This document shows, in pieces, positions 1 through 13,732 of a stretch of DNA of 64,000 nucleotides. Where the stretch lies: NCBI GenBank assembly GCA_030248215.1, contig JASANG010003525.1:310001-374000 (forward strand), read 5' to 3'. Position numbers and translations under genes: made by a program. The first letter of the stretch is position 1. Every line of letters starts with the position of its first letter. Source of the DNA: Enoplolaimus lenunculus. Taxonomy: Eukaryota. The notes beneath the pieces are model-generated. The model was not told the DNA's origin and made no database searches. It saw nothing but the letters and a program-made list of their open reading frames with translations.

Positions 1-1897
1 AAAATATGATAAGAAATCTTCGTCTACGCTCTGTAGTCATGTGCAAATGTAAAAATCGATGTACAATATTGCTGAAACGCGAAAAAAATCTGACCATCCA
101 GAGATTTCGAAAACTAATCACAACAATCCTACATTTGAAGGTCCCTACATTCGAGATAAAGCTTTACAACATAAATATGTCTCGTTTCAGACACGTATCC
201 ATATATTTTTTATATCCGAAGCGAATATCCGGTGCCCATCTGCATTTTCAATGTGCATCGCAATTCAAAAATAAACGCTTTTGTAATTGTTTGTATTTTA
301 TTAAGAAGTGCAGGTTTTTAGCTGACAGTATTTTAATATAAAAACATATATGTTTTAGGGCCGTAACCCTAGATTAAGCGCCTTCCTAAGCGTTACCCTC
401 AAGCCTAAGCGTTGCACGTATTCCTAAGCCTACGCATAAGCCAGAGCAAAAAATGTAAGCCTACTCTTGTACAGACCCGCCGCAAACCAGGACGGCTCTA
501 AAAGTGACATTGGCCCATCGCATGTATGCGGTGTTGGAGCGTTGATTTCTGGTCTGAAACTGATAAACAGTATGACGTATAGAAGGCCGTTGTTAAACAG
601 GCAAATGTGCCCAGGTTTCGTTGTATATTTTACTATAGAAAAACGCTTTGAAAAACCAAATTGTCAGCGAAACCATTTGCTATTGGCTGATTAATTTTAT
701 TCCCGTTTTGTCAAATTGTGGATCAATCTTGTGAAGTTTTAAACGCATAAAAATGGTGGAACTGAAAAAGATGGGTAAAATATGGTAGAACCTGTATGAA
801 TTAAGATGGATCACTTGTTTGAAAGACGGAAAATCCCTGGCAACCTTAGAAATGTTATTTGGTCCCGTGTCAAGATGAGGGACGGAACGTTTTTATGCGG
901 TACTACAAGAGAGTAAACCTTAAGCTTTAGACTATTCTTTTGCTTAAGCTTAGGTATAAGCTGATTCTTGCGTTTAGGCTTAACAGAATTAGGCTTTATT
1001 AGCCAAAATCCGTAAGATTTGTGAAGTATAGATTTGACAGCACTTTTGGGGTAATTTCGATTCTGCATTTGCGGTCTAATTTATTTCATTGAGACCCTGC
1101 GAAGCTGAACTGTCAATGTTACTCTGCAGCATCAAGAGAGTATAATGTAGGGGCCACAATAACTCACGTGCAAGGATGTCCAAAAGTGCAATTCCATTCC
1201 AGACTGCGCACAAAATTTATAATAAAATTATTCCAATTTGGAAACTGAAAATTTTGAACAGTGTTGCATTTTCCCTTAGCAATAAATAAATTTCATAAAC
1301 AATTTCAATACCTGACTACGCAATTTCAAAGATGAAATCAATTCCGTTTGCGTTCGATTTAGCTAGAAAACGAAAATAAAAAGTAAGAAAAGAAACCGTC
1401 GAAAAGAACAAAATTAAGCACCCAAACCTATAAATTTACCCCTTAAAATTTTTTTATCCAAATTTCCTATCTCTTCCCCACACACCCCCCCACCCCCCCC
1501 AACACCCCACCCCCCCCCCTTGAACTCCCTTGAATTCGTTACTGCTAATACAGTATTTGCTTCCCCTGCGCAAACAAATGTTCGAACTTCTAAGCTGAAT
1601 GCCGCTACAACTGCTGTACACTGCGTCTATTGTCATAAAACTTGTGTTTGTTATTGTCTATGTTGACAGCAACACTTTTCAGCACTTTCTGTCGCTTTTA
1701 CTACAGTTTGCTTTGTTAATTTCAGGACTTAAAAAGAATGTTCTTAAAATCCTCTCGTTTTTAGTCGGAATAAAATCCCTTTCTTTTCGTGGTTGAATGA
1801 ACGTGCGACCTTCCTTTATTTAGACTTTTGTCTGCATTTTCAGAAACTATTAAAATTTTTAGGTGTTCATTGCTGTGCTATGTTTCTAAAGCGTTAG

Positions 1898-2082
1898 GGC
1901 CCATGAATAGAACAGGGCCGGATCGTTTTACGGATAGGCGATAATAGGGTCAGTTTAAGCTTTAGACTAATTTTTTGCTTAGGCTTAGGCTTAGGTATAG
2001 GCTTATCCATACGTTCAGGCTTAGGCTAAGGCTTAGGAATATGCGTAATGCTACTGTTCTGGCCCTGTTCTATACATGGACC
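1898..2082. mobile_element. Merlin-like TTAGGC-containing MITE (subfamily A)
   Basis: TIR GGCCCATG.ATAGAACAGGGCC, perfect 8-bp TSD AGCGTTAG, internal TTAGGC repeats. Confidence 0.85.
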
Positions 2083-2755
2083 AGCGTTAGGGAGGCGCTA
2101 TATATACTTATCCTGCGGCGCCGTCCGTCACCGTCCGTCACCATACGGCTTCGGACGTAAGTAATTCACGTACCATACCGTACGGGGACGTACGGTGACG
2201 GACGGCTCCGGGCGGTGACGGACGGCTCCGGGCGGTAAAAGAACGTTGACGGGAGTCGAACTGCTACCCACCTTAACTTTTAATACCAGTGTAAGCCCAA
2301 ACTCTTAAATATAATTTCTAGGCATATACCATTAAGCTGTCGGTGGATAGTAGGCAGTATACTAGCGTATTTTCGCTTTTTGCGTTCATGTCATACTTTG
2401 GATAAATAATATGCGCCAAGAACAGCCAGCAATGTCTGATTAGTAAATATAAACCTAACAAAAATCACCAAACAAGATGCACTTTGCATTTCGATTATTG
2501 CACGCCAGAAATGAAATCGTTGTTCGTCCGGGCGTGTAGCCAGAGCGCAGCCTAGCGGGGCTAAGCCCCTTTAGAAAACTCTCCCTACTAGGAAAATTGC
2601 AATTCAGCTTTATTATATTAAACTCTCCGAATGCCGTATTGTTTTTTGCCCCACCTGGTATATGCGGAGCTGGCTACAGGGCGGTGTTCGCCGACCCTTT
2701 AATCTTTGCCTCCAGCTGGCGGCATACGAACATTTGAAGCCGATCACACAGTTTA

Positions 2756-5700
2756 ATGGCATTCCGTTCTTTGCGTGAGTTTGATTAGTTTTACTGTCTA
2801 CACCGCCAACTCGAGCTCAAATATTTCGAAAGTTTGGCTTATGTTTTTGTCTTAATCATTAGTGGATTGCGTTGTATTTTTTTGTTCAAAAATGATTGCT
2901 TGCATATAAAGCTGGGCAACTATCAGCGATATCAAGTTGGCGTTAATTTATGACAGCCATTAATATGGTTATATCATGTGTTCGTTTGGTTTGGGATAAA
3001 AGTTTGGGCCAATATAAAGAACAAGGGCGCAACTATACGCATATTCGTAAGCCTAAGCCTAAGCCTAAGCGTAACAATGAGCATATTCTTAACCCTAAGC
3101 CTGAGCCTAAGCCAAACAAAAAAATTAGTCTGAAGCTTAAGCTTACTCTACATGCAGTCCCACAGAAAAACGTTCCGCCCCTGATGTTTACATGGGCCTA
3201 AAGTTTGAAAGAAATTTGTAAATATTTTGGTTTTGATCATGTTGAATTTGTTGAATTTTGAAATGAAAAGCTACTCACTGGTGGTTTAAAGTCTTTGAAC
3301 GCGGCGTTTGAAATCCTAACATCACGCGATCTGACGATAACTTGGTATTTGTTAATGACTCGGCGAGCAGCATTTTATATATTGAATAAAAACTCTCATT
3401 GTTTGTTAGCGTATATAACGAACGATTGTTTCATCTAAATACTGTTACAAAAGATGGAACTACACTCAAAAACAAGTTGTCTTATATTCAAGAAATGTCT
3501 GAAATTTAATACAATGGCGTTGTATTAATACGAACCCCCAGACATATATGAGTTGAATTCCAGACTTATTTGTCAAATTTTTCAGAAATATGGGTCGGAA
3601 ATTTTTCAAACTTAAAAGTCTGAAATTCAAGACTTTGTTTTGCGAACGATCAAGGCAAATATTTCTGAAATATAAGACAAATATGTCTGCAATAGAAGAC
3701 AAAGATTTTCCAGGGTAACGACTTTAAAATCGAGGGCTAAAAACTCAACAAAACATTTTAATTTTACTGTCTAAGATACGTCCAAGATGTAAACTTAAAT
3801 GTGGAAGGCCTGACAACATCTGGCAATATACTTGAACTTTTATTATTTATCACATTCCTAAGGCTATGAATGGAGCAGCTTTTTTACATACATAAAAATC
3901 AGAAATTTCGCTGTGGAATGTTATTTCTTGAAAACAGAAATTTATGCCTTATAAATTTGGCAACACTAATTTTTAAATATAAGAAGACATTTTATGTTTT
4001 AATCATTTCAGGCACGAATGTCTGAGCTGTTTAAGGCTATTAATGTCTGAAATACTAAACATTTATGTGTTGAAATTTTAAGGAAGTAAGAGTCTTGAAA
4101 TTTGAAGACATTTTATGTTGTGTGTAGACCAATCTTGTTTCACATATAAGATTACTTGGGCGCTGCCGGAAAGGATATGTTGGTATCCCAGAAATTGATG
4201 GGTTCCACTTTGCGTCCAATGGTTCCCCTATCGGACTTCCCTAAATTCAATGGCGACGTAGCTCTGATTGCAACAAAGTGTATAGTCAAAGCGGTCCATG
4301 TTACTTTTAGATTCCAAATTACATATTTTGCATAACCTTATGCTTACGCTTAGGGTTATATGCTTAGGAACACACTTTGCAACGCTTAGGTTTAGGCTTA
4401 GGAATACGCTCAATCTATTGTTACGGCCCTAAATGTAACATTGGCAATACGCTCAATCTATTGTTACGGCCCTAAATGTAACATTGGCAATACGCTCAAT
4501 CTATTGTTACGGCCCTAAATGTAACATTGGCAATACGCTCAATCTATTGTTACGGCCCTAAATGTAACATTGGCAATACGCTCAATCTATTGTTACGGCC
4601 CTAAATGTAACATTGGCAATACGCTCAATCTATTGTTACGGCCCTAAATGTAACATTGGCAATACGCTCAATCTATTGTTACGGCCCTAAATGTAACATT
4701 GGCAATACGCTCAATCTATTGTTACGGCCCTAAATGTAACATTGGCAATACGCTCAATCTATTGTTACGGCCCTAAATGTAACATTGGCAATACGCTCAA
4801 TCTATTGTTACGGCCCTAAATGTAACATTGGCAATACGCTCAATCTATTGTTACGGCCCTAAATGTAACATTGGCAATACGCTCAATCTATTGTTACGGC
4901 CCTAAATGTAACATTGGCCGCCAAAGCTGCATTAAGTTTTATTTAAAAGGAACACGGAAATAATTTATTAACAAACCCGTATACAAAGACTTCGTCCAAT
5001 GACAACTACCAATATCTCCGAATAGCAATAATGATCGCATATTCCAAATCGCATTTATTTCTAATTGAATTCAATTATTCAACTGTCAAATCAATCGTTG
5101 TTCAATTAGTAAATGTAATTGCGCTGCTGCCTGTAGCAATTACTGGCGAACATGAAATTGTACGCGAATTAATGCATCAAAAACAACTCATTTGTCGCAT
5201 TTGTCAACATCGGTCAGTGTCAATGAAACCGGTTGTTGCTGCTCCACGAACGCGTATGGTGTTCGACGCAAAGAATACAAGTTGTCCTGAAGAAGATATC
5301 AGTTGTGAACCGGGTGAAATATGCAAATCAGCGGTTGTTGTTAATGGTATATATAGTGCCGAGGCAAGCATGGGTGCGGGCTCCAACCAAATTCCAGGGT
5401 GGGAGCTCCAAAATCGCGAGTGAAGCGAGCGAGCAGCCAGACGCATTTTAAGCGGTTTTTGTTTCAAGCGATTAGGGTGAGGGCCCCTTTAGGGGTAGGC
5501 CTTCCCAAATGGGGGTATGAGAGGTGCCTGCTCCGGCCCAGGGTACATACGTCACAATGTAAATTGCTTCGCAGGGTGTTTTACTACAGCCAAAGTGTGT
5601 TCATTATGTATACGAGTATGTTTATATATTGTCATATAAGCATGGTTATAGGCAAATAAGTAGTACGCAGGCAAACGTCTGCCTTGGGCTTCGACTCTTG

Positions 5701-6740
5701 TAGAGAATCGACTAGAGTTACGACTGCGATAGACTTTTTGCCGGAGGTTCCGGTAAATCATTTTACCTGCCCAATTTTGGCTCATATGTCCCGCTCTGAC
5801 AAATTTTGTTGTGATCTGTCTCCGCCTTCTGCTCAGGTATTTTTCACTTCCGGTTGCAACCTGGCCCGGTAGTACCTGCACGTGTAAGTTTACACAGGTT
5901 AAAGTTGCAACGGCACCTAGCTAGAACTGTTCCATTAAATCGCTTTTCGAAAAAAAACTGGCAAGTGCAAGACATAGCTGCATGTTTTCGCTGTCAAAAA
6001 TTAATTGCAACTGCAAGCTACAGCTGCAATATAGTTCAGAAACAAAACAATTGCCGTGTAAATGAGGTTAAATACGGTGTTTTAGCTAAGAGTAATCGAT
6101 TTACGCTCAAATGTTGATGCTGTCACAACTTAAAACCATGATTGCTAGAATACGTGATGTTACCAGTGTAAAGGTTCGAGGTGAAACGTTTTTCTGCGGG
6201 ACTGCAACAGAATAAGCTTAAGCTTTTGACTAATTTTGTGCTTTAGGCTTTTAGGCTTACGCTTAGGCTTGGGTATAACTTCATATTATTTACGTTTTAT
6301 GTGCATTTAGTATACTGTTGCCTCAGTGTAATTCTGTATCTGTGTTTTACGCAAGAATGGATAATTCACCTTGGGATAAATCCATTGTTGAAATTTCTTA
6401 ATTTTTCAACTTTAATTTTATAGGTAACTCGTTCTGGATCCACAAAGGTTGTTATCAGTTACCCCCCGGCCGTTCCAGAGGCAACGAAATGTCATCATCG
6501 TGTTCTTGGCTCCGATTGGATATTACGATTTTGGGCAGGCTTCCTGAAGTCGTAGAACCTGCTGGCCGCTACCTGAGTGTCTTTCAATGCTTATGCGCGT
6601 CGCATGATCGTTGTAACGTCGGCGCTCTAAGGTTGTTTAGCCGCAACGCGATTGGTAGATTTCAATGCAAATGGAAGCAAAACACATTTTCATTGGCTGT
6701 TTCTGTTGTAATTTCTTTGGCTTCCACGAAGTTGTTGTGA
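2756..6740 (+). CDS. Ly6/uPAR (three-finger, LU domain) secreted/GPI-anchored protein, ~190 aa, quiver/sleepless- or ODR-2-like; exons 2756-2774, 5110-5346, 6424-6740
   Basis: Phase-compatible GT-AG junctions (TTGC|gtgagt; attag|TA; AATG|gtatat; ttttatag|GT). Joined protein has a signal peptide MAFRSLLNVIALLPVAITG, 10 Cys in LU spacing (LICRIC...C...C...C...KGC...C...CLC...DRCN) and a hydrophobic C-terminal tail (FSLAVSVVISLASTKLL). Exon 1 is the least certain. Confidence 0.8.
3007..3198. mobile_element. Merlin-like TTAGGC MITE (subfamily A), intron 1 of the Ly6 gene
   Basis: GGCCAAT...CATGGGCC ends, GCCTAA repeats, AAAGTTTG on both flanks. Confidence 0.8.
4293..4919. mobile_element. Merlin-like MITE (subfamily B) with a tandemly amplified end
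   Basis: Starts GGTCCATGTTACTTTT and ends GTAACATTGGCC; TSD GTCAAAGC/GCCAAAGC. Confidence 0.8.
4403..4918. repeat. 43-bp minisatellite, 12 apparently identical units
   Basis: Unit AATACGCTCAATCTATTGTTACGGCCCTAAATGTAACATTGGC at 4403, 4446 ... 4876, with no spacers. Confidence 0.97.
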
Positions 6741-6932
6741 TTGGACCAATCAAGCAACGAGGAAGAAAAAAGAAACGAACACAGAGCGGACGAAAACACC
6801 GCCACCAAGCGAAAGAAAAAACCAACCAAAAAAGCACAATCCAGAAAAGGAACAGCAAACCCCAAACCCAACACACAGCCACATAAATCTCGATATACTA
6901 TCGATATCGGGCTTACACCTTATTATCACTGC

Positions 6933-7123
6933 GGCCCATGTATAAAACAGGGCCGGAACAGTAGTATAAGCATATTCCTGAGCGTAAGCCTAAGCCTTAG
7001 CCTAAATGTAAGGATGAGCCTATTCCTAAGCCTAAGCCTAAGCAAAAAAAATTGTGTAAAGCTTAAACTGACTCTATTATAGCCCCTCCGGAAAACGATC
7101 CGTCCGTGTTCTATACATGGGGC
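6933..7123. mobile_element. Merlin-like TTAGGC MITE (A)
   Basis: TIRs; TSD ATCACTGC/ATCGCTGC. Confidence 0.8.
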
Positions 7124-7370
7124 ATCGCTGCTATAGCAGATTGCAAATGTGTCAAATGTACTTGAACACTTCGAACGCTGGAATCAGCTTAGTCTTGGTT
7201 TTCTAATACTCTGAAAACAGGTGCATCTGAGAAGAATGTTCAGTTGTTGCGTAAATTTTAACTGCGTGAACACAATTGAATTTAAAATTCAGGCGAGCGT
7301 CAGCAATTTGAAAAATTAAAAGTGCGTATATATTTACAAACCTTTCCTAATTAAAAGTTTTTGAAACTTT

Positions 7371-7566
7371 GGCCCTCTAAAGATCAGGGGCGGATAGTTT
7401 TTCTGATGAACTAAAATAGAGTAAGCTTAAGGTTTAGTCTAATTTTTTGCTTGCCTTACGCTTAGGCTTAGGCATAGGAATATGCTCATTCTTACGATTA
7501 GGTTTAGGCTTACGCTTATTAATATGCTTATCATACTGTTCCGCACCTGTTCTTTACATATTGGCC
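7371..7566. mobile_element. Merlin-like TTAGGC MITE (A)
   Basis: TIRs; TSD GAAACTTT/GCAACTTT. Confidence 0.8.
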
Positions 7567-7883
7567 GCAACTTTGAATGCTATGTTTCAGATGGAAGTTC
7601 GCAGAGTATATATTTTTGCAACAGCAAAGCATAAGTAAAATATGTTGCTGATATATCGTGCATTTGAAAATTTTTTGAGTCTTTTTTGCAACTTAAATGA
7701 GCGCCGAAGCTCAGAGTAATCTAAAATTGGAAATTCACATGCGATTGCGGTTGATCCTATACAGGAAAAAAGAAAACATTTTTGTAAACGGTACAACTTT
7801 GTTGTAAACATGAGGATATAGAATTGTGTATTTTATAGTGCATAGATTTGAGTCGTTTGATTTAGGTTACAAAAAACTATCAG

Positions 7884-8036
7884 CAACTTTCAAAGCAAAC
7901 CATCAAGTAAAAAATGTTGTAACACTGTACAATATCGCACATTACACCTACCATCGTCTCAGTAACTTTCAAAGCAAACCATCAAGTAAAAAATGTTGTA
8001 ACACTGTACAATATCGCACATTACACCTATCATCGT
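7884..8036. repeat. 79-bp tandem duplication
   Basis: AACTTTCAAAGCAAACCATCAAG...CATCGT at 7884 and 7963. Confidence 0.9.
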
Positions 8037-9010
8037 TAAAACTAGGTTGTTTGCTAGTGAGTGATCAGTGAATCAAAACATTCCTGCCTGTGCAAAGTCG
8101 TTGTAATTGGCCATAAATGTTTTTCGATTTAACAGCAGACTTCTGTAGTGTAATGCTTATTTTTTGCTCATACTGTAAAAACATTTTGAAAATTTAAGTT
8201 TGTCTACATTTTCTGGTTTCAAGTTTCTTATGAAAATTTCAGGCGGGTAAAGAATAACAAATTTTTACCCGCGCTTTGAAATTCTTTACCCGAGGATATC
8301 CGTACCCGCGTTATCAGCGGGTACTCGCTGGTAACCTGCAGCTCCAATATATACATACATACTTTTATAAATTTTTTCGGTATTAAAACTGTATTTAATT
8401 GAATTCAACTCTCAGAGCTAGACAGGCAGATGCCATGAGTTTCAAGAATGTATCATGCAGTTGACTGCAAATGACGAACATTTTATTTATACTTTCATGT
8501 ATACTATTAAAATCAGCGAGACTTAAAAATATTGTAACGAAATTTTCGGCTTTTGTCCATTTTGCACCACATTTACGCCCAAAGTTTGATTTAAGCAAAG
8601 GCTTATATATGCCTTTGCGGAAGCTTAAAGTCTCGTTCGAGTAGTCAGAATTTTCAACTGAGAGTGGTTTAGGCAACCAGGAGTTTAATAAGGTTAAGAT
8701 TTGAAGAATTCGTGCGTGGAATACGAGAGCAAAGTTTGACTCAATTTTAACATTGATGTGTTCCAATTAAAAAAAACTAAGAGAACGAGCCAGAAGCTGC
8801 ACGTTTTTTCAATATTAAATCTAATTGCAACAGTCACGAAACGGTTACTCGAGCACGGTACACAGTGTCTAGCCCATTAACCCATCAAATATCTCTCAGC
8901 AACGCGGCTGCTAGTCTTAGCCTTTGCCTAAGCCCAAGCATGAACCTTAACCTTAACTGAGGCGAAAAGTGGACAAAACCCAAAATTTGAAATCTGCTGT
9001 TTTCAACTAA

Positions 9011-9982
9011 TTATTGCTGTTGCATACTGCACCGACTGGTATACATAGGCGCTACAGAATTTGCTGCGTTTTGTGACGGCGAAAATGGCACAAACAGATT
9101 AGAATTCGCTATAATCGCTGGTCCGTTGCTTGCTGGCGGGGGGTACGGCGGGACTGAAGCGCCAGAGGTCGCTCCCGCTTGACGCATCGCAATTCCATGA
9201 TGAGGTGTGGCCAGAATTCCAGGCGGTGGATGGCTGGCGGACGATACAAAAATGTTATTGCCGTGATTTACAACATATTCGCCGTTAGTATGATATGATG
9301 ATGGTTGATGATGAATATTACGAGGCAGACCATTGGCTGAAGGTTGTAGTTCGTCACAAATATGCAAATTAGTAAGTGAAGGATAGTATCCAGGGTTAGT
9401 TGCAGTTGTTGGAGGTAAAAGTCCTTGCCTATGATGTTGTTCAGCGAAATAATTATAAGCTGCCACAGGAGTATGCTGAGGTTGCGGTAGAAAATTCGGT
9501 GGTCCGCTTGATCCGGAACCGGATGCAAACGCTCGTTGATAGTAATCGTTCGGTGATGCTCCTACCGGATATAAAGCAGCCATGTTTTCCGGAAGTACCA
9601 TTGACATTGGACGCCGCGGTTTTGACGAGTTGCCAGAAATACCGTTGCTATGTTTTGATTTTGATTGAATTGGCTGACCTCGGGCGATCGCTGTGATTGG
9701 TTCGTGGCTTGTGTTAGGCGGCGAATGATGTACGCTATCATCCAGAACCTGGTGTGGACCATTTGATTCTGGTTGCAGTTCGTGAAGCAGCTTCTCAGTT
9801 GATCGGCTTAGCTTTTTTGATTTATGCAGTTGTCCAGTGTGTCCTTTCCGTTCTGGTGATCGATTTCGTCGCGAGCGTTCGCCTGTGACCGGTGTTGTTT
9901 GCTGGCAGTTGCTTGTTGAGGTAGAAATTGGCAGTCCTCCAACATAATTGTTGTCGTTATTGATATGTTTGTTGTCATTGCG

Positions 9983-10014
<32 letters not shown>

Positions 10015-11716
10015 GGTTTTGTTGCGTGATTGTTTTTTGATTTCGTCGTTCTTCGCCAGCAGAATGCTTCCTTGCGTCTCTTCTCAGCGCATCAACGGAT
10101 TTATTTCGTTCGTGTTGTCTTGTTCCTTTTGTTTGATTTGAACTGCTGTTAATTGCTGCTGGTGACTTGTTTCGTTTCTTCCGTTCCGCTGATTGCTGTT
10201 TTAGTCGAGAATTTTCAAGATCTGCGGAGGCTTTTGGTTTTGAAACACATTTGCGTTGTTGTTTTTGTCGTTGATGTTGTTGTTGATGATAGTTGTTTGA
10301 AGTATTCGCCATTTCATCAGAAGTATTTGTTGTTTTTGAGTCTTCAGATTTTCGTGATGGTAAAGTTTCTAGAGGCGGAGGTGGGGGTGGTTTGTAACCA
10401 GCGGAACCGGTAGCCGGATCTGCTTGACATGACTGGGGTAGCGGAGCAAGACCTCGGATATAATCGTAGAGTTGATCGATTTCTTCGTCTGATACTACAA
10501 GTTCAGGTGAACTCAACTTAGCTGATCGTTCATTAGACTGATCTGACTCGCCACTCAGTGTTGTACCTAGCGTATCTTCAGGATTAACGAAACAGTTGAC
10601 TTCAGCTTGATCTGGTGTCAGTGAACCTGAACAGCCACTGATAGCGTGGAAGTTTCCCACGGCACTAGCACGAGTGACGTCATCGTGAGAAATTCCTGTG
10701 ATTCGACTTAAATACGAAGGCAGTAGATCTTCGCATAGCTCACAAATTTGACGAAATTCACTCCGACAAACAATATGTGGATGATTGAGCGATGAAGCGA
10801 GTTTCAAATGAGCATTCAATGGTACAGAGATAAATTCGGGCGTATCTTTTTGTAGTACGTAAACCATAACGATGTCTTCAGTGAAAACACTCTGTAACCG
10901 GAGCACAATTGATGCGTTGTTTGATAGGCGGAGTTCACCCGGAAACACACCTTGGATCAAGCGAACAGTGAGCGGAAATCGTTTAGCATCGACGAGATTT
11001 CTGATTAAATGTACTCCTGTAATTGCGTCTTTTCGAGCGATTGGTGAAAATTTTGCTTTTTGACTCATTTTAAAATAAACGCTGCTGCCAGATTCGTCGA
11101 AGCATCGCAAAAACGATACGCGTTTGAAATTAAATTGGCCAACGAGTGTCAGTAGTTCACCCTCATCAATTTGACGGCTACGGTATAGATTGCGCAGCTC
11201 TCCGTCAGGGTCGGGCAAGTACGCTTTCGCTGGAGCGCGAGCGAGGCACAGTTCAGGAAACTGTTTCGCTAGTTCGCGAACGCTTTCAATACATTTGACC
11301 GGTTTGCCATCCTCAGACAATATTTCAAAGTATCCATCGTAAGTTTCTGGTATCGCAACCCGGCAATCAGTAATCGCGGACCGCTTTCCACCCACGGCAA
11401 CGCCACTGCTCGCACCTACACCACCGGTAGGTTTCATCATATGAGCCATAACTTTTCGCACTTTTTGTCGTGAATGAATCAAGACGTACGGTTTTAGGGT
11501 CGGATTGGCAATGTTTGGCGCACCGACGTTCATGTATTGACCTTTGGTGACCAGGGCTAAATGTGGCAACGAGACACGTTCAACAAAATCACCCAGGAAC
11601 ATATCTGATTCTACGGACCAATTGACTCCTGATAGCAGACTGTGAGCGAGCATTTCAACTGTACTGCCAGAGTGCGAGCCTCCGGCAGATACAATTCCAC
11701 CTCGGTTTGCGGGCAT
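9011..11716 (-). CDS. CABIT-domain adaptor protein, Serrano (sano)/GAREM/Themis-related, 901 aa, single coding exon
   Basis: 2.7-kb uninterrupted ORF. N-terminal motifs (WSVESDMFLGDFV, LPHLALVTKGQY, AIPETYDGYFEILSEDG..CIESVRELA, FPLTVRL) and EIDQLYDYIRGLAPLP resemble arthropod Serrano-type CABIT proteins as I recall them. These are followed by PPPPPP, poly-Q and a low-complexity tail. Confidence 0.82.
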
Positions 11717-12973
11717 TACGGGTAAAATTAAAAGACAAGATGGCCGAAAAAGTTCAAATCTAAATTAGCATAGTATAATCGTGAAGTTAAGGCTAATTAG
11801 CATAAGTTAATTGCTAAAAACCTTAGAAAGTTTTGGAAATGTTGCACTAAACCTACACACTGTAAATTCCAGTGAGTTGATTAATCAACTCAGAGAATCA
11901 ATTGCTTATTTCTGGTTAATTGTGAGTTAATAACAATCAACACAAACTCACTCTCAGCTAAATTGATTCCGGGTGAGATGATCAATTAACTTTAGAATGA
12001 GGTCAATCAATTTGGAAAACTGAGCTCTGAAAGGCCAAAAAATTCCGACTCAGTAATTCAACTCATTTTGAATTAAAATCAATTCTGTAGATTTTACAGA
12101 GCATTGCACAAATTTGGGGTTCCGGAAATGTGGTGTAAGCGCTTTCAATTACTAGCGAAATAGAACATGCTGCAGAACTAAAATTGTCCAGTCGCAAGTG
12201 CACGATTTGACATTTCCAAAAGTTGACTAAATTTTAATTTGATTTTAAATGATTTTTGGCTTAAACAAAATTACCATTAAAAGCAGTTTCAAACAAATAC
12301 TGGTACATTGAAAGCGACCCGAATAGGACGGGGACTGATATTTATTTGACCTCTCCAGAGGGTAACCCTCTTGTTATTCGGTTACGGACTGTTGTTTATT
12401 TTTAACCCGCCCTCACGGTATTGCAACTATCCGTTGAATTAAACGTTTATTTGTCGTGTCAATAGCGTGAGGAATAATGCAATGTTATACTTAGGAATGT
12501 ACTTTCTAAACTTAAGTACGCTTTACAGTTTCGAACTCAACTTTATTTGGTCCTGGATTCATTTATTCGCTACATTTAAGGATAATTGAAATTTATGGAC
12601 TCTAATTAGGGTTTAGGGACTCTATCCGCTTACGGACTCTTATTAGACATACGGACTTCTATTGATTGGGACTCAAAATGGGGACCTCTTCCTCTTATTT
12701 GGGTCACACTACAGTATGGTAGTTATTGTGATATTCTTATTTAAAGGCTTGACCAAATCACCAGCCGCAATTTGGCAAAAATTCGCCCAATTTTTAAAAG
12801 TGCCCTATCCAAAACTCCAATATGATCAGTACTACAAGCATAGCATTTAAGCGTAGCAAAACGAGAATATTTCCTTTTTAGCGAAGTAGTTTAGTTAAAC
12901 TGCTTCGATAAACTAGAAAAAATTCCCGCTTTACCACATATTTGCACTACGCACAAATGTGTACTTGAATTTT

Positions 12974-13211
12974 GGGTTGTACTATACTTTTTTCGACGTG
13001 CGGTGACGTCCGGCGCCGTCCTTCACCCGTACGGTGCTGTCCGTCACCCGTACGGCGCCGTCCGTGACCCGTGCGGCGCTGTCCGTCACCGTGCGGCGCC
13101 GTCCATCACCGTGCGGTATCGTACACAAATAATTCGCGTACGATAATTTATGGTGACGGACGGTGACGGACGACGCCGGACGGCACCGGACGTCAAGTAT
13201 AGCGCAACCCT
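12974..13211. mobile_element. GC-rich foldback element with CCGTCACC repeats (possibly PIF/Harbinger-like); relative ~2089-2240
   Basis: Ends GGGTTG..CTATACTT / AAGTATAGCGCAACCC; inverted CCGTCACC/GGTGACGG arrays. Confidence 0.55.
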
Positions 13212-13554
13212 TAGATTTCCGCGAACCTAAAATACTCTGTTCTCAAGTGAAAACAAGGCGTTCTATAGTTAGATTCGTTCACTACATAACTAATAAACGC
13301 GCGATCCTGAAAAGTCTGAACCCCATCAAGCGACCAGTACCAGTCACAAATGGTGTGTTCCTTAAATGAGCCCATGCTTTAGTAGAGTAATGGTTTGGGC
13401 GAACGAGACAATGATAAAATGGACATATACGCGTGTCGTAGTGCAATTATTAACACTTACACGCAAATTGCTAGCGTTTGAATAATTCACAAGTTATTGA
13501 ATGGCTTGAAATGGACCTTAGACATGTGGTACATAAGTTAGCCCTAACAACTTT

Positions 13555-13732
13555 GGCCGTTGTAAACATGAGAGGCGGAACGTTTTTCTACGGGACTGCA
13601 ATAGTGTAAGCTCAAGCTTTAGGCTTATTTTTTGCTTAGGTTTAGGCTTAGGTATGAGCCAATTCTTTCGCTTTGGCTTAGGCTTAGGCTTAAGCTTACA
13701 CTACTGTGACGACCTTGTTCTATACATTAGCG
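13555..13732. mobile_element. Merlin-like TTAGGC MITE (A)
   Basis: Perfect TSD ACAACTTT; TTAGGC core. Confidence 0.8.

Noticed and set aside
4403..4918. CRISPR-like array
   Set aside because: Units are contiguous with no spacers, there are no cas genes, the context is eukaryotic, and the unit is a MITE end.
9268..11063. Short alternative-frame and antisense ORFs within the CABIT gene
   Set aside because: Shadow ORFs of the long CDS.
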